Source of the DNA: Candidatus Latescibacterota bacterium
GTDB lineage: Bacteria; Latescibacterota; CBDEFO01
DNA: 64,000 nt
Assembly: GCA_965248755.1 (NCBI GenBank)
Contig: OZ252149.1
Location: 3,584,001 to 3,648,000 of the forward strand
Direction of reading: 5' to 3'
Part shown: positions 21,142 to 30,918 of the stretch, piece after piece
How the letters are laid out: the number at the start of each line of letters is the position of its first letter
How positions within the stretch are numbered: the stretch's first letter is position 1
Position numbers and translations under genes: made by a program
Notes under the pieces: generated by a model
What the model was told of the DNA's origin: nothing
The model's database searches: none
The model's input: only the letters and a program-made list of their open reading frames with translations

Positions 21142-21326
21142 TCCTTCCCTCTTTCATATGAAACGTCCGCGTCTGCTCGATTCAGGTATTATGTGATGGC
21201 AATTCAGGGAATCCATCCTTTTTGTTTATAGTAGCTTATGTGCTCCCTTAAGCTACATATCTCAACTTTGATGAAAGCTACCAACGATGCCAAGATGCAA
21301 GTTTGCTCTGAAGCTCCTAAACCTGA

Positions 21327-22193
21327 TTACTCTCTACTATCCCTGGGCAGCTTGTCTCTCTGGACTATGGGGTAGCTCAAAGGGAGGTACCATATAAACT
21401 CCCTCTGGGTAACGTCTCCCAGGTCCTGGATGACAAGTTTGATGAACTTTGTATCGCTGTCTATGATGGGTTTTCCGTCCTTTGTCTTATTTGGGAAGAA
21501 GACCCTGTAGTCGTCGGTATCGTGGAGTCTATCCGAGCGTGGCCTGTCGAATTTGTACGGATAGGGATCGTCTACCCCGCTGGGGGAATATCTATTCCCC
21601 TTGTCATCCACTAAAAAGGTATTTCTCCCTATCCACCTTATATAGGGGGCTGTTTTAGCAATTCTGTTCTCCAGATGTACTGAAAAGACAAGTCTGCTGT
21701 ACAGGGCGTATCCCCATCTTTCGTCGTAGCGGTTCCTCAGGAAGTTATACTTTACGTCGTATATCTCATCTGTGAGGCGATCCACATAGTGTCTCTTAAA
21801 GTTGAAGAACTTTTGCATATCTATGGGATTCAATATATCCAGTGAGCTGTCCACATACATTAGATATTGATAGTATATGTTATTTATGTCCGTGCCGTCC
21901 GTTTCGGGGTAATCGGCGTTTATGAAGGATTTGATAGTCTGACTTATCTTGCTGTTTATCTCGGATCTCTCCCATTTTTTTCGTTCTGCTTTTCGGCATA
22001 GGCTTGCGATCTCAAAGGCGAAGGTCCTGAAGGTGGCCTGGACGTAGATTCCCCCATCTTCTGACCCTTCTGTCACAATCATAAACGTCCTGTCGTAAAC
22101 GTCCTCCCAGTATCTTTTGAGATTTCTTTGGCATCCGTACAGTATTACTGTTAAAGCTGCAAGTGCGATTTTGAGTAATGTGGAGGCTTTCAT
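21327..22193 (-). CDS. Hypothetical lipoprotein
   Basis: Signal peptide with lipobox LYGC; long ORF. Confidence 0.7.
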   Translation of the reverse strand: MKASTLLKIALAALTVILYGCQRNLKRYWEDVYDRTFMIVTEGSEDGGIYVQATFRTFAFEIASLCRKAERKKWERSEINSKISQTIKSFINADYPETDGTDINNIYYQYLMYVDSSLDILNPIDMQKFFNFKRHYVDRLTDEIYDVKYNFLRNRYDERWGYALYSRLVFSVHLENRIAKTAPYIRWIGRNTFLVDDKGNRYSPSGVDDPYPYKFDRPRSDRLHDTDDYRVFFPNKTKDGKPIIDSDTKFIKLVIQDLGDVTQREFIWYLPLSYPIVQRDKLPRDSRE

Positions 22194-22341
22194 GGCAAGA
22201 TCAAAAAAGAGGTGGAGGCTACTTTGTTAGGGGGATGGGAATGACAGAAAATCGGGGTTTTGGGAGTTAAGATACCTCTACCCACTGCGATTGTCAAGCA
22301 AAAAAGCCCCATCAGATGTGACGTGCACTGGGAGATGAAAT

Positions 22342-22368
22342 AAAAAACCCTGCGGAGAGTCCGCAGGG
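22342..22368 (-). terminator. Intrinsic terminator after rplI
   Basis: CCCTGCGGA-ctc-TCCGCAGGG followed by T6 on the minus strand. Confidence 0.8.
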
Positions 22369-22436
22369 CATGACTTCAAGTAAGAGTAGATAGAACATCC
22401 TCTTTCCTCTGTCTACCGTATGCAGCCTACTGTCTA

Positions 22437-22880
22437 CTATTCTTTGACTACCCAGACTTTCAGTTTCCCCTCTATATCGGTGTGCAGCCTTATTGGCACT
22501 GTGTAGACTCCCAAGGCCTTTATGGGCTCGTCCAGCATTATTTTCTTGCGGTCTATGTCGAATCCCTTTTCCTTCAAAAGTTCCGCTATGGTCTGGCTGG
22601 TAACCGATCCGAAGACCCTGTCCTGCTCACCCACAGCTACCATGGCTGTGCAGGAGATCGAATCTAACTCTTTGGCTAAAAGGTCGGCGTTCCTCTTTTC
22701 TTTGCTTAAAGAGAGCTCTCTTTGAGATCTGATCTCTTTGTAAGTCGCCATGTTCGACTTTGTGGCTTCTAGTGCCAGATTTCTGGGGATAAGGTAATTA
22801 CGGGCGTAGCCGTCGGACACGTCTACAAGTTCTCCCGATTCGCCTAACTTATCCACCTCTTCCTTGAGAATAACTTTCAT
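22437..22880 (-). CDS. rplI: 50S ribosomal protein L9
   Basis: MKVILKEEVDKLG...GYARNYLIP, VFGSVT. Confidence 0.97.
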   Translation of the reverse strand: MKVILKEEVDKLGESGELVDVSDGYARNYLIPRNLALEATKSNMATYKEIRSQRELSLSKEKRNADLLAKELDSISCTAMVAVGEQDRVFGSVTSQTIAELLKEKGFDIDRKKIMLDEPIKALGVYTVPIRLHTDIEGKLKVWVVKE

Positions 22881-22922
22881 TTGATTATCACCTCTGGATG
22901 CTGAAAGCAAAGGCCTAAGCAG

Positions 22923-23231
22923 TTACTCGACGCTATCGACCCCAAACGGGAGCAGCGCCAGGTGCCTTGCCCTTTTTATGGCCAATGCCAACACGCGCTG
23001 ATGTTTGGCGCAGGTGCCCGACGTCCTTCTGGGTATTATCTTGCCCCTGTCTGTAGTGAATCTGGCCAGCTTCTGCATATCTTTATAGTCGATTAATTCA
23101 TCCTTTTTCTCACAGAATCTGCATAGCTTTCTGGCCCTGCTCAGACCCATACCTTTTCCTCTCGAACCCGGTCTACCCTCCTTCTTTTCGTCCCTCTTCT
23201 TGAGACTCTTCTTCCGTCTTGGAGTCGGCAT
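22923..23231 (-). CDS. rpsR: 30S ribosomal protein S18 (start uncertain: 23231 or 23150)
   Basis: [32 protein letters not shown]. Confidence 0.95.
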   Translation of the reverse strand: MPTPRRKKSLKKRDEKKEGRPGSRGKGMGLSRARKLCRFCEKKDELIDYKDMQKLARFTTDRGKIIPRRTSGTCAKHQRVLALAIKRARHLALLPFGVDSVE

Positions 23232-23664
23232 CTGTTTTTTCCTCGCTTTCTTGCTGATCGGTCTCACCTGCAGGAACTGTCTCTGCAGACTCTCGTTTTT
23301 CTTCCTTAGTTTCCTCCTGGGTGGAAACTCCTCTTGACGATGTGCGCTTTGGATTCTTCAAGGTGTACTCCATCTTTTTCTTATCCAAAGTTACGGTCAG
23401 GTGCCTCAGCACATCAGGATCCAGGCGGAGCTGGGTATCTAAATCGCTAATAAGTGTCCCCTCTGCCTTATAGAGGACGTACGCATATACGCCCTGTCCC
23501 TTCTTTTTGACCCGGTATGCCAGTCTTTTTGTACCCCAGTTTTCCTGTCTGATTATCTCGGCCTTGTTCGACTTCAGGAAGTCTTCAAACTTTTTGATCT
23601 TCTGCTCCACTTGAGCGCTTTCTAACTCTGCGTTGATGATAAACGTGGTTTCGTAATTGTTCAC
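23173..23664 (-). CDS. rpsF: 30S ribosomal protein S6 with long acidic tail
   Basis: [24 protein letters not shown]. Confidence 0.95.
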   Translation of the reverse strand: MNNYETTFIINAELESAQVEQKIKKFEDFLKSNKAEIIRQENWGTKRLAYRVKKKGQGVYAYVLYKAEGTLISDLDTQLRLDPDVLRHLTVTLDKKKMEYTLKNPKRTSSRGVSTQEETKEEKRESAETVPAGETDQQESEEKTDADSKTEEESQEEGRKEGG

Positions 23665-23870
23665 TATTTATCCTCCTGTGGACGTTGGGCTCTGCGTATG
23701 CTTCAGAGCCAGGGGAAATGAGTTTTGTAGACAGTAGACGGCAAGGGCAGACACACGGGTCTACCCCTACAACAGATGAGTGTAGGGGCTGGATTACCCC
23801 AGCGCTGGGAGCGAGAGATCCCCGATAGAGTCATTCGGGGACAGGCCTCGCCTCTACGTCTGTATTCTAT

Positions 23871-25838
23871 CTACTTGATAAAGAGCGGCGCCAACACCAG
23901 CGACACCACCGACATAAGCTTGATTAGGATATTCATCGAGGGGCCTGAGGTATCTTTGAATGGGTCTCCGACAGTATCGCCGACTACAGCGGCTTTGTGC
24001 GCCTCTGATCCTTTACCCCCTAAATTTCCAGCTTCGATGTATTTTTTTGCGTTGTCCCATGCGCCTCCTCCGTTTGCCATCATAAGCGCTAAAAGGACGC
24101 CTGATAATGTAGCACCTGCAAGCATCCCGCCTAAGGACTCAGGACCTAAAAGCCAACCTACGACAACGGGCGAAAGCACGGCGATTATTCCCGGCACTAT
24201 CATCTCCCTTAGAGCGGCGGTGGTGCTTATCGCCACACATCTTGCCGAGTCGGGTTTGGCGCTCCCCTCCATAAGTCCGGGGATCTCTCGAAACTGTCTC
24301 CTGATCTCCTTGACCATCAAATCGGCCGCCTTGCCCACAGAGGTCATTGTCAGTGCAGCGATCAGAAAGGGAATGGTGCCCCCGATAAAAAGGCCGATCA
24401 CCACATCTGCGTCGGCTATGTTGATCTGTGTCAGATCCACCGCTTTGGTATAGGCGGAAAAGAGCGCAAGCGCAGTCAGCGCTGCAGATCCTATCGCAAA
24501 GCCCTTTCCCATTGCGGCTGTGGTGTTCCCTAAAGAGTCGAGACTGTCGGTGATCTTCCTCGTATCCTCTCCCAGACCTGCCTGTTCGGTTATGCCCCCG
24601 GCGTTGTCAGCTATCGGCCCGTAAGCGTCCACAGACATAGTTATCCCCACGGTAGAGAGCATCCCCACAGCAGATATCCCTATCCCGTAGAGACCTGCAT
24701 ACGTGTAGGCCACGTATATCGCCGCGCAGAGAGTCAGTACCGGGAGCACGGTGCTTTCCATAGCCACCGCAAGTCCAGTTATCATATTGGTTGCAGCTCC
24801 GCTTTCGGAAGATTCGGCGATCCTTATTATGGGTTTCCCAGATGTATAGTACTCCGTAAACCATCCTATCAGGACTCCCGCAAGACATCCGGAAAGGAGA
24901 GCCCAATAGACGGTTATATCGAGGGCGTCTATTCTCTTTATTACGTAATAGGCGGCTATCAAAAGCAAAACGGCACTTGTATAAGTTGAATATCTTAAGA
25001 CCGAGGCGGGATTTAACTTGTCAAAGACCTTTATAGATAGTATCCCGATGCCAGATGCCACAAGGCCGATCATAATCACGATTATAGGCAACGACATATG
25101 CTCAAGCCCTGGGCTCATCGTCGCCCCTATGACGATAGTGGCGATTACTGACCCCACGTAAGATTCGAATATGTCGGCTCCCATTCCGGCGGTATCTCCC
25201 ACACAGTCGCCCACATTGTCGGCTATGACTCCGGGGTTTCTGGGATCGTCCTCTGGGATTCCGGCTTCCAGCTTTCCTACCAGGTCTGCACCTATATCCG
25301 CACTTTTAGTGTATATCCCTCCACCGACCCTTGCAAAGAGGGCAATCGAGCTTGCGCCCATAGCAAAGCCTGTGATAACCGATGGGTCCGTGTCCTTAAA
25401 TAGCATAAAGAAGATGCCTATCCCAATAAGCCCCAGGCTTGCCACCGAAAGTCCCATAACAGATCCGCCCGCAAACGCCACAAGGAGCGCCTTGGACTCC
25501 CCTTCTTGATTTGCCGCCTGGGTGGTCCTTACGTTTGCTCTTGTGGCGGCCTTCATCCCGAAGAACCCGGCTAAAATCGAACAGAGTGCCCCGCATACAA
25601 AGGCTATCGCTGTGAAGTCATTTATAAACTTAAAGAGAAGCGCAAATACAACAACTATGAATATAGATAGGATCTGATACTCCTTTTTTAGAAACACCAT
25701 AGCGCCTTTGTGGATCAAGTCTGAAATCTCCACCATTAGGTCTGTGCCCGACGGCTGTCTTTTAATGTACCAATAGATCAAACCAGCTAATATTAACCCC
25801 GCAACACCTAATATCGGAGCCCAGTCGGTGGTTGCCAT
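23871..25838 (-). CDS. hppA: Membrane-bound pyrophosphatase, K+-dependent type (probably Na+-translocating)
   Basis: [36 protein letters not shown] has Ala at the K+-dependence position. Confidence 0.95.
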   Translation of the reverse strand: MATTDWAPILGVAGLILAGLIYWYIKRQPSGTDLMVEISDLIHKGAMVFLKKEYQILSIFIVVVFALLFKFINDFTAIAFVCGALCSILAGFFGMKAATRANVRTTQAANQEGESKALLVAFAGGSVMGLSVASLGLIGIGIFFMLFKDTDPSVITGFAMGASSIALFARVGGGIYTKSADIGADLVGKLEAGIPEDDPRNPGVIADNVGDCVGDTAGMGADIFESYVGSVIATIVIGATMSPGLEHMSLPIIVIMIGLVASGIGILSIKVFDKLNPASVLRYSTYTSAVLLLIAAYYVIKRIDALDITVYWALLSGCLAGVLIGWFTEYYTSGKPIIRIAESSESGAATNMITGLAVAMESTVLPVLTLCAAIYVAYTYAGLYGIGISAVGMLSTVGITMSVDAYGPIADNAGGITEQAGLGEDTRKITDSLDSLGNTTAAMGKGFAIGSAALTALALFSAYTKAVDLTQINIADADVVIGLFIGGTIPFLIAALTMTSVGKAADLMVKEIRRQFREIPGLMEGSAKPDSARCVAISTTAALREMIVPGIIAVLSPVVVGWLLGPESLGGMLAGATLSGVLLALMMANGGGAWDNAKKYIEAGNLGGKGSEAHKAAVVGDTVGDPFKDTSGPSMNILIKLMSVVSLVLAPLFIK

Positions 25839-25864
25839 TTTCCCTCCACTCTACAAGTAGACAG

Positions 25865-25900
25865 AGCGTACGGCCCCTGTATAATTAGGGGCCGTACGCT
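25865..25900. repeat. 14-bp perfect inverted repeat between pth and hppA (REP-like hairpin)
   Basis: AGCGTACGGCCCCT-gtataatt-AGGGGCCGTACGCT. Confidence 0.8.
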
Positions 25901-25911
25901 GCATCTGTCTA

Positions 25912-26472
25912 CTAACCGTTAAACCTGCTTATGGCTTCTTCGATGCCGCATTTGATGAAGCATTTTACAGCTTCTGCGGACCTTCTTATCATATCTTCTA
26001 CTATGTCGGCTTCGTCGTCACCGAAATCACTCAAGACGTATTCGGCTGTGTCCATACCTTCGGGCGAAGCGCCTATGCCCAACCTGAGGCGCGGGAAATC
26101 GTGCGATTGCAGCTTTTTGATCACAGAGGAGAGCCCTCTGTGTCCTCCGTCGCTGCCTTTTGCCCGAAGTCTTATCTTGCCCAAGGGGAGATTAAGGTCG
26201 TCGAGGATTACTAAAAGGCGGTCTAATTCGAGGTCCAAATCCCACACTAACTCTTTTACGACGACTCCCCCTCTGTTCATTAAGGTGAGAGGTTTGACAA
26301 GAATAAAAGAGAAACTTTCTAACTTTCCCCGTGCTATCAAAAACTCCCCTCTGCCAGTTCTCCAGTGGCCCTTGAGATTCTCTGACAGCAGGTCTACTAC
26401 TTTAAATCCCAAATTGTGGCGGTTATTTTCGTACTCCTTACCCGGGTTGCCCATCCCGACGACCACGTGCAA
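25912..26472 (-). CDS. pth: Peptidyl-tRNA hydrolase
   Basis: GMGNPG, RHNLGF, GSDGGHRG, RLRLGIG. Confidence 0.95.
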   Translation of the reverse strand: MHVVVGMGNPGKEYENNRHNLGFKVVDLLSENLKGHWRTGRGEFLIARGKLESFSFILVKPLTLMNRGGVVVKELVWDLDLELDRLLVILDDLNLPLGKIRLRAKGSDGGHRGLSSVIKKLQSHDFPRLRLGIGASPEGMDTAEYVLSDFGDDEADIVEDMIRRSAEAVKCFIKCGIEEAISRFNG

Positions 26473-26473
26473 T

Positions 26474-27142
26474 CTAACCTTCCTCCTCGGATTGCTCTTC
26501 TTCCTCCTCGCGGGGTCCTCTTCCGACTAATTCGGGTTCTTCTAATATCTCCTCCGCTTCGACCTCTTCTTCTTCTACCTTAATGACGGTCGGCGGGAGC
26601 ACTGAAACTACCGTCGTATCGGAATCGGTAGTTATACGTTCGTCTTTCTGGAGCAGATCCTCAACATGGATGGAGTCGCCTATGCTAAGATGGGACACAT
26701 CTATTTCTATGTGATCGGGAATTTCCGTTGGGAGGCAACTCAAGGTCAGTTCGTGGACAAGGTGCTGGAGGACACCACCTTCATTTGTTACGCCCTCAGG
26801 CTCACCCACAGTATGGACGGGAATCTGGACTTCAAGCTCCTCTGTTAATGAGACGTGCATAAGGTCCAAATGTAGGAGATCACCGGTTATGGGATTACGC
26901 TGAGTCTCTTTAATTATGGTGGGGATGGACGACCTTTTTCGGCCGACAATCAGATTTATTACAGATGTTCTACCTCCCGAATGTAGAAGAGTTTCAAGCT
27001 CTTTTACGTCAACAGAAAAGGGGACAGATTCTTCCGCCCGCCCGTAGTAGATTCCCGGCACGTTCCCATCTTTTCTTAATTTCTTGGCTAGCTGTTTTCC
27101 GGACCGATCTCTTTTTTCCACTTTTAAAGCAATATCTGACAT
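26474..27142 (-). CDS. rplY: 50S ribosomal protein L25/Ctc
   Basis: LRKDGNVPGIYYG, LHLDL, GVTNEGG, acidic tail. Confidence 0.95.
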   Translation of the reverse strand: MSDIALKVEKRDRSGKQLAKKLRKDGNVPGIYYGRAEESVPFSVDVKELETLLHSGGRTSVINLIVGRKRSSIPTIIKETQRNPITGDLLHLDLMHVSLTEELEVQIPVHTVGEPEGVTNEGGVLQHLVHELTLSCLPTEIPDHIEIDVSHLSIGDSIHVEDLLQKDERITTDSDTTVVSVLPPTVIKVEEEEVEAEEILEEPELVGRGPREEEEEQSEEEG

Positions 27143-27169
27143 ATCCTCTCCTCTCCCATCTCCAGCTGT

Positions 27170-28123
27170 CTACTTAATAATGTGGCTGCTCGGCGAGGAT
27201 TCGAACCTCGATAGACGGCTCCAAAGGCCGTAGTCCTGCCATTGGACGACCGAGCAACTTTTCGACCAGAAAGTATCCGCTTTCAGGCGATCTTCGGCTC
27301 TTTGGGCATCATCTTGTGATCCAAATATCCCATACACGGTCGAGCCGCTCCCCGAAAGGGAGGCACTTAATGCCCCGCAGGAGATCAGCTGTTCCTTTAT
27401 CTTAAAGATTTCGGGATAGGTCTGGTAGACTACGTTTTCAAAATCGTTTTCAAGGTGTTCGTACAAACACCTTGTGCCGCACTTATTAGCGAGCATAGAA
27501 TTTAAAAAACTAACATATTTTGTATCGTTTGTCAAGTCAAACGTTGACTCCGTGGCAATTTTCTTTCGATCTATCTCTTGGTACGCCCAGGCGGTCGAAA
27601 TCTGGATCCCAGGGTAGACTAGGACGTAGAAGGCGTCGTCGCTCCAGGAGATATAGTTCAGGATCTGACCCCTTCCCGATGCGATGGCTGTCCCGGGCTG
27701 CAGGAAAAAGGGCACATCTGAGCCCACACCAGACGCTAATTGGAAGAGTCCCTCGTAATCGAGGCCCAAATCCCAGAGCCTGTTGGCAGCTCTTAGAGTG
27801 GCAGCGGCATCTGAACTTCCTCCCCCGAGTCCCGCGGCCTTCGGAATGTTCTTTTGTATCGTTACCGAGACGCCCCTTCTTATCTTCAGGGTATCTTTGA
27901 GACTGGAGAGCGCCTTATGGACAAGATTCTGGGAATCGGTCGAAAGCGTCGGATCGGAGCAGACTATCTCTATTTCCCCGGAGGGGACCTCTTCTAAGAT
28001 CAAAAGATCGCATAGGTCTATGGTCTGAAGGACCGAGGCTATGTCGTGATAGCCGTCCTTGCGTTTTCCTTCGATCTTGAGACCCAAGTTTATCTTTGCG
28101 TATGCCTTTTCCTCTATTTTCAT
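27170..28123 (-). CDS. ispE: 4-(cytidine 5'-diphospho)-2-C-methyl-D-erythritol kinase
   Basis: AKINLGL, AGLGGGSSDAA, GSDVPFF, NDFE, LSGSGST. Confidence 0.95.
   Translation of the reverse strand: MKIEEKAYAKINLGLKIEGKRKDGYHDIASVLQTIDLCDLLILEEVPSGEIEIVCSDPTLSTDSQNLVHKALSSLKDTLKIRRGVSVTIQKNIPKAAGLGGGSSDAAATLRAANRLWDLGLDYEGLFQLASGVGSDVPFFLQPGTAIASGRGQILNYISWSDDAFYVLVYPGIQISTAWAYQEIDRKKIATESTFDLTNDTKYVSFLNSMLANKCGTRCLYEHLENDFENVVYQTYPEIFKIKEQLISCGALSASLSGSGSTVYGIFGSQDDAQRAEDRLKADTFWSKSCSVVQWQDYGLWSRLSRFESSPSSHIIK
27183..27256 (-). tRNA. tRNA-Gln(UUG), nested in the 3' end of the ispE ORF
   Basis: Acceptor stem TGCTCGG/CCGAGCA, anticodon loop CT-TTG-GA, GGTTCGAATCC T-arm, encoded CCA. Confidence 0.95.
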
Positions 28124-28208
28124 ACCCTATCTACTTCCTGCTGGGCGAACCCATGTGTTCGCCCCTACATATCTGAAGGGATAGGCAGACTGCCCTACCC
28201 ACTATCCA

Positions 28209-28709
28209 CTATCTTGTTGATACCGATACGATAAGCACAGCCAGACTGATGACCGAACTTACGCTTGATATAATCGTTACAACTCTTCTCCATCCCTTGG
28301 AAGAACTATAGGGAAGTATAATAGTATCCTCTGGCAGTAAGGGTGGTATGAGATTTGCATCGGCCGTTGCGATAAATCTTTTCAAGTCTATATGTATGAT
28401 CTCTTCCCTGCCGTCCAGAGTCCTTATTATCTTTATTTTATCGAGTTTTGCGTCATCTGTAGGTCCTCCTGCAAAGGACAGCAGGGACAGTAGATCGGTA
28501 TAGTCCGGGACGGTGTATCTGCCCGGGCGACTGACCTCGCCCCATACATTGACATCCATCGTCAACATATCATCGAGCCCCGGCGCTAGTCTGTAATAGG
28601 ATGGGGTACCTGTTTGGCCTCTTTCTATGCTCTGAGCAAGTGCATTATCAACGAGCGGTGCAATCTGGATGATCAATAGCACAACCGAACATTGCATAAT
28701 TCTCCTCAT
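28209..28709 (-). CDS. SLBB-domain (polysaccharide export-like) protein
   Basis: VNVWGEVSRPGRY, AGGPT, signal peptide and C-terminal TM. Confidence 0.8.
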   Translation of the reverse strand: MRRIMQCSVVLLIIQIAPLVDNALAQSIERGQTGTPSYYRLAPGLDDMLTMDVNVWGEVSRPGRYTVPDYTDLLSLLSFAGGPTDDAKLDKIKIIRTLDGREEIIHIDLKRFIATADANLIPPLLPEDTIILPYSSSKGWRRVVTIISSVSSVISLAVLIVSVSTR

Positions 28710-28767
28710 AATAATCTCCTCTTTAGGAATTGCAGATAGCAGGAAAGAAGGTATTCCTACTGTCTAT

Positions 28768-28880
28768 AATGTAATAAATGTAAAGCAGGTTGTCAAAGAT
28801 TAAATTGACTGTATCGAGGTTACGTACCTTCAAGATTTCCATTGATTCCTATTGACAAAAGTAAAATGGAGCATTAGATT
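28768..28880. promoter_or_regulatory. Divergent sigma70-type promoters
   Basis: Minus strand TTGACA(28796)-17-TACATT; plus strand TTGACA(28852)-17-TAGATT. Confidence 0.6.
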
Positions 28881-29131
28881 AGGGATAACTGCAGTCTCGA
28901 AAGGGACGAACGTTGATGCCTCAGATATTTGGGCAAAGAGAGATGTTGGAGTTTTCCCAATGGCACGAAAGTCGAAGCCCAGATAAGCCATGTGAGAATA
29001 ACCCATGTCAGGATAACCCATACACAAGAGACAGTTGCGCGGCTGCGGGAACGAAGTGCTTTGACTCTGGGTCAAAGGAGCTAGCTCTCAGAGCAGCCCC
29101 GTACGTGGCCACCATACCGTAACAAGAAAAT

Positions 29132-30478
29132 ATGGAGGAAACTATGATATCCCGGATAACAGCTATTGCTATCTTATTCGGTTTTGCTATGTTCAACAAG
29201 ATGAGTTATGCTCAAGATTGGGTGGAGATAACCCCTGCAGACGCCGAGACACCAGCAAGAATAAATTCCACAGCAATTTATGATCCCTTGGATCATCGAA
29301 TGATTATGTTTGGCGGCAAAGGCTCCTCGGGAGATCTAAATGACGTCTGGTCATTTGATTTGAATTCCGAGCGCTGGTCACAGATTACGCCTTCTGCTGG
29401 AACTGCTCCTGCCCCAAGATTTACTCCGGTTAGTGTTTATGACCCGGAACGTCATCAGTTGATTATGTGGTCCGGTCAGGGATCTGTCTTCTTTAATGAT
29501 GTCTGGGCATTTGATCTAACCGACGAAACCTGGACTGAATTTGATCCCCCGGATCCTAAACCTAACATCCGTTATGGCGCAGCATCTATCTTTGATCCAG
29601 CGTCGCGGAGTTTGGTGACTTTTGCCGGATTTACGAACGAAGGACGCTTCAACGATACCTGGAGATTCGATGTAGAGAGCGTTTCCTGGACTGATATCAG
29701 TCCCTCGGAAGGAAGTCCGCTCAAACGTTGTCTGCATTCGGCCAGCTTCGACGCCTCTGGGGGCCGTATAATCATGTACGGTGGTCAAAGTTCGGGGGCG
29801 CTGGGAGATATCTGGGCATTCGATTTAAGTCAAGAGACCTGGTCAAATTTAACTCCGGAAGAGAGTCCTGAAGGTCGCTACTTTGCAACGAATATTTACG
29901 ATGCAAAGAACCATCGGGTTATCACTTTTGGCGGAAATGTGGGCGGCAATGTAGGGAGATCAAACAAGGCATGGGCATTCGATTTGAGGGCGAATAGCTG
30001 GGACGAATTGGCGGCTACGGGGAGTCCACCCAAGCCGCGGGATGGTGCTACAGCGATCTACGTCGAATCCGAAGACCGTATGGTGATCTTTGGAGGGAGC
30101 GCCGAAGGAGGCGTGCTCCTTGCCGACATATGGTCATTGAACAATCTTTCCCAGAGCGGACCTACGGCAGTGGTGGATGTTGATGAGACTCTTATACCGT
30201 CCGAGTACGTTCTGTACCAGAATCATCCAAACCCTTTTAATCCCACAACAACCATAGGGTACGAATTGCCCAAGTCAACCGCGGCTGTACTGAAAATTTA
30301 CGACCTGCTCGGACAGGAGGTCAGAACATTAGTGAATGAAACTCAGACGGCGGGGTATAGATCTGTTACCTGGGATGGGAAAGATAACTTGAGACAGAGC
30401 GTGAGTTCAGGGGTTTACGTCTACAGACTTGAAACGAGTGAATTTGTGAAGACGAGGAAGCTTCTGTTGATAAAGTGA
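29132..30478 (+). CDS. Secreted Kelch-repeat protein with FlgD-Ig/T9SS-A-like tail
   Basis: Six FGG...DVWxFD...W repeats; QNHPNPFNP...SGVYVYRL. Confidence 0.85.
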   Translation: MEETMISRITAIAILFGFAMFNKMSYAQDWVEITPADAETPARINSTAIYDPLDHRMIMFGGKGSSGDLNDVWSFDLNSERWSQITPSAGTAPAPRFTPVSVYDPERHQLIMWSGQGSVFFNDVWAFDLTDETWTEFDPPDPKPNIRYGAASIFDPASRSLVTFAGFTNEGRFNDTWRFDVESVSWTDISPSEGSPLKRCLHSASFDASGGRIIMYGGQSSGALGDIWAFDLSQETWSNLTPEESPEGRYFATNIYDAKNHRVITFGGNVGGNVGRSNKAWAFDLRANSWDELAATGSPPKPRDGATAIYVESEDRMVIFGGSAEGGVLLADIWSLNNLSQSGPTAVVDVDETLIPSEYVLYQNHPNPFNPTTTIGYELPKSTAAVLKIYDLLGQEVRTLVNETQTAGYRSVTWDGKDNLRQSVSSGVYVYRLETSEFVKTRKLLLIK

Positions 30479-30541
30479 AGACCAGCGGAAGGTAGGTATG
30501 AGGTAGGACGCCTCGACCCCTCCCTGTATAGGTGAGCTACT

Positions 30542-30742
30542 TTGGACAAAGAGATAAAAATCTGGTATGATAAAGAAGGAGACTACCTTGAAGTCATCTT
30601 TGAGCCAAGGGCCGGGTACTTCAGGGAGACGGAAAACGATGCAGCAACGGAAAAAGTTGACCAAGAGGGAATCACTATCGGTTTTCCCATCCTGAAAGTG
30701 AGCGCACTAAAGGGACAAAAACCACTCTCAATCAGCCTATAA
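30542..30742 (+). CDS. DUF2283-like small protein (orphan TA-type antitoxin)
   Basis: IKIWYDKEGDYLEV...GITIGF pattern. Confidence 0.65.
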   Translation: MDKEIKIWYDKEGDYLEVIFEPRAGYFRETENDAATEKVDQEGITIGFPILKVSALKGQKPLSISL

Positions 30743-30918
30743 AGCAACGTCACCTGACAGGGATTCCTGTAATAATGGGGAAGTAAACAAGTTACGCGCC
30801 ATGTTCTTTCTTGTGTGATGAGAAAACCATAAGGGAGCAGGAACACCACTCGAACCTCACCTCAATTTACATACATCGATCGACATTCACGATCTTTCTC
30901 CTGGACAAGCCATACTCC

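Noticed and set aside
23173..23231. 59-nt rpsF/rpsR overlap (and the lspA/rluD overlap at 47358-47416) as a special mechanism
   Set aside because: Depends on uncertain start choice; low-complexity tails explain it.
28886..28915. Hammerhead ribozyme
   Set aside because: A stem-II-like hairpin is present, but the CUGANGA and GAAAC core sequences are incomplete.
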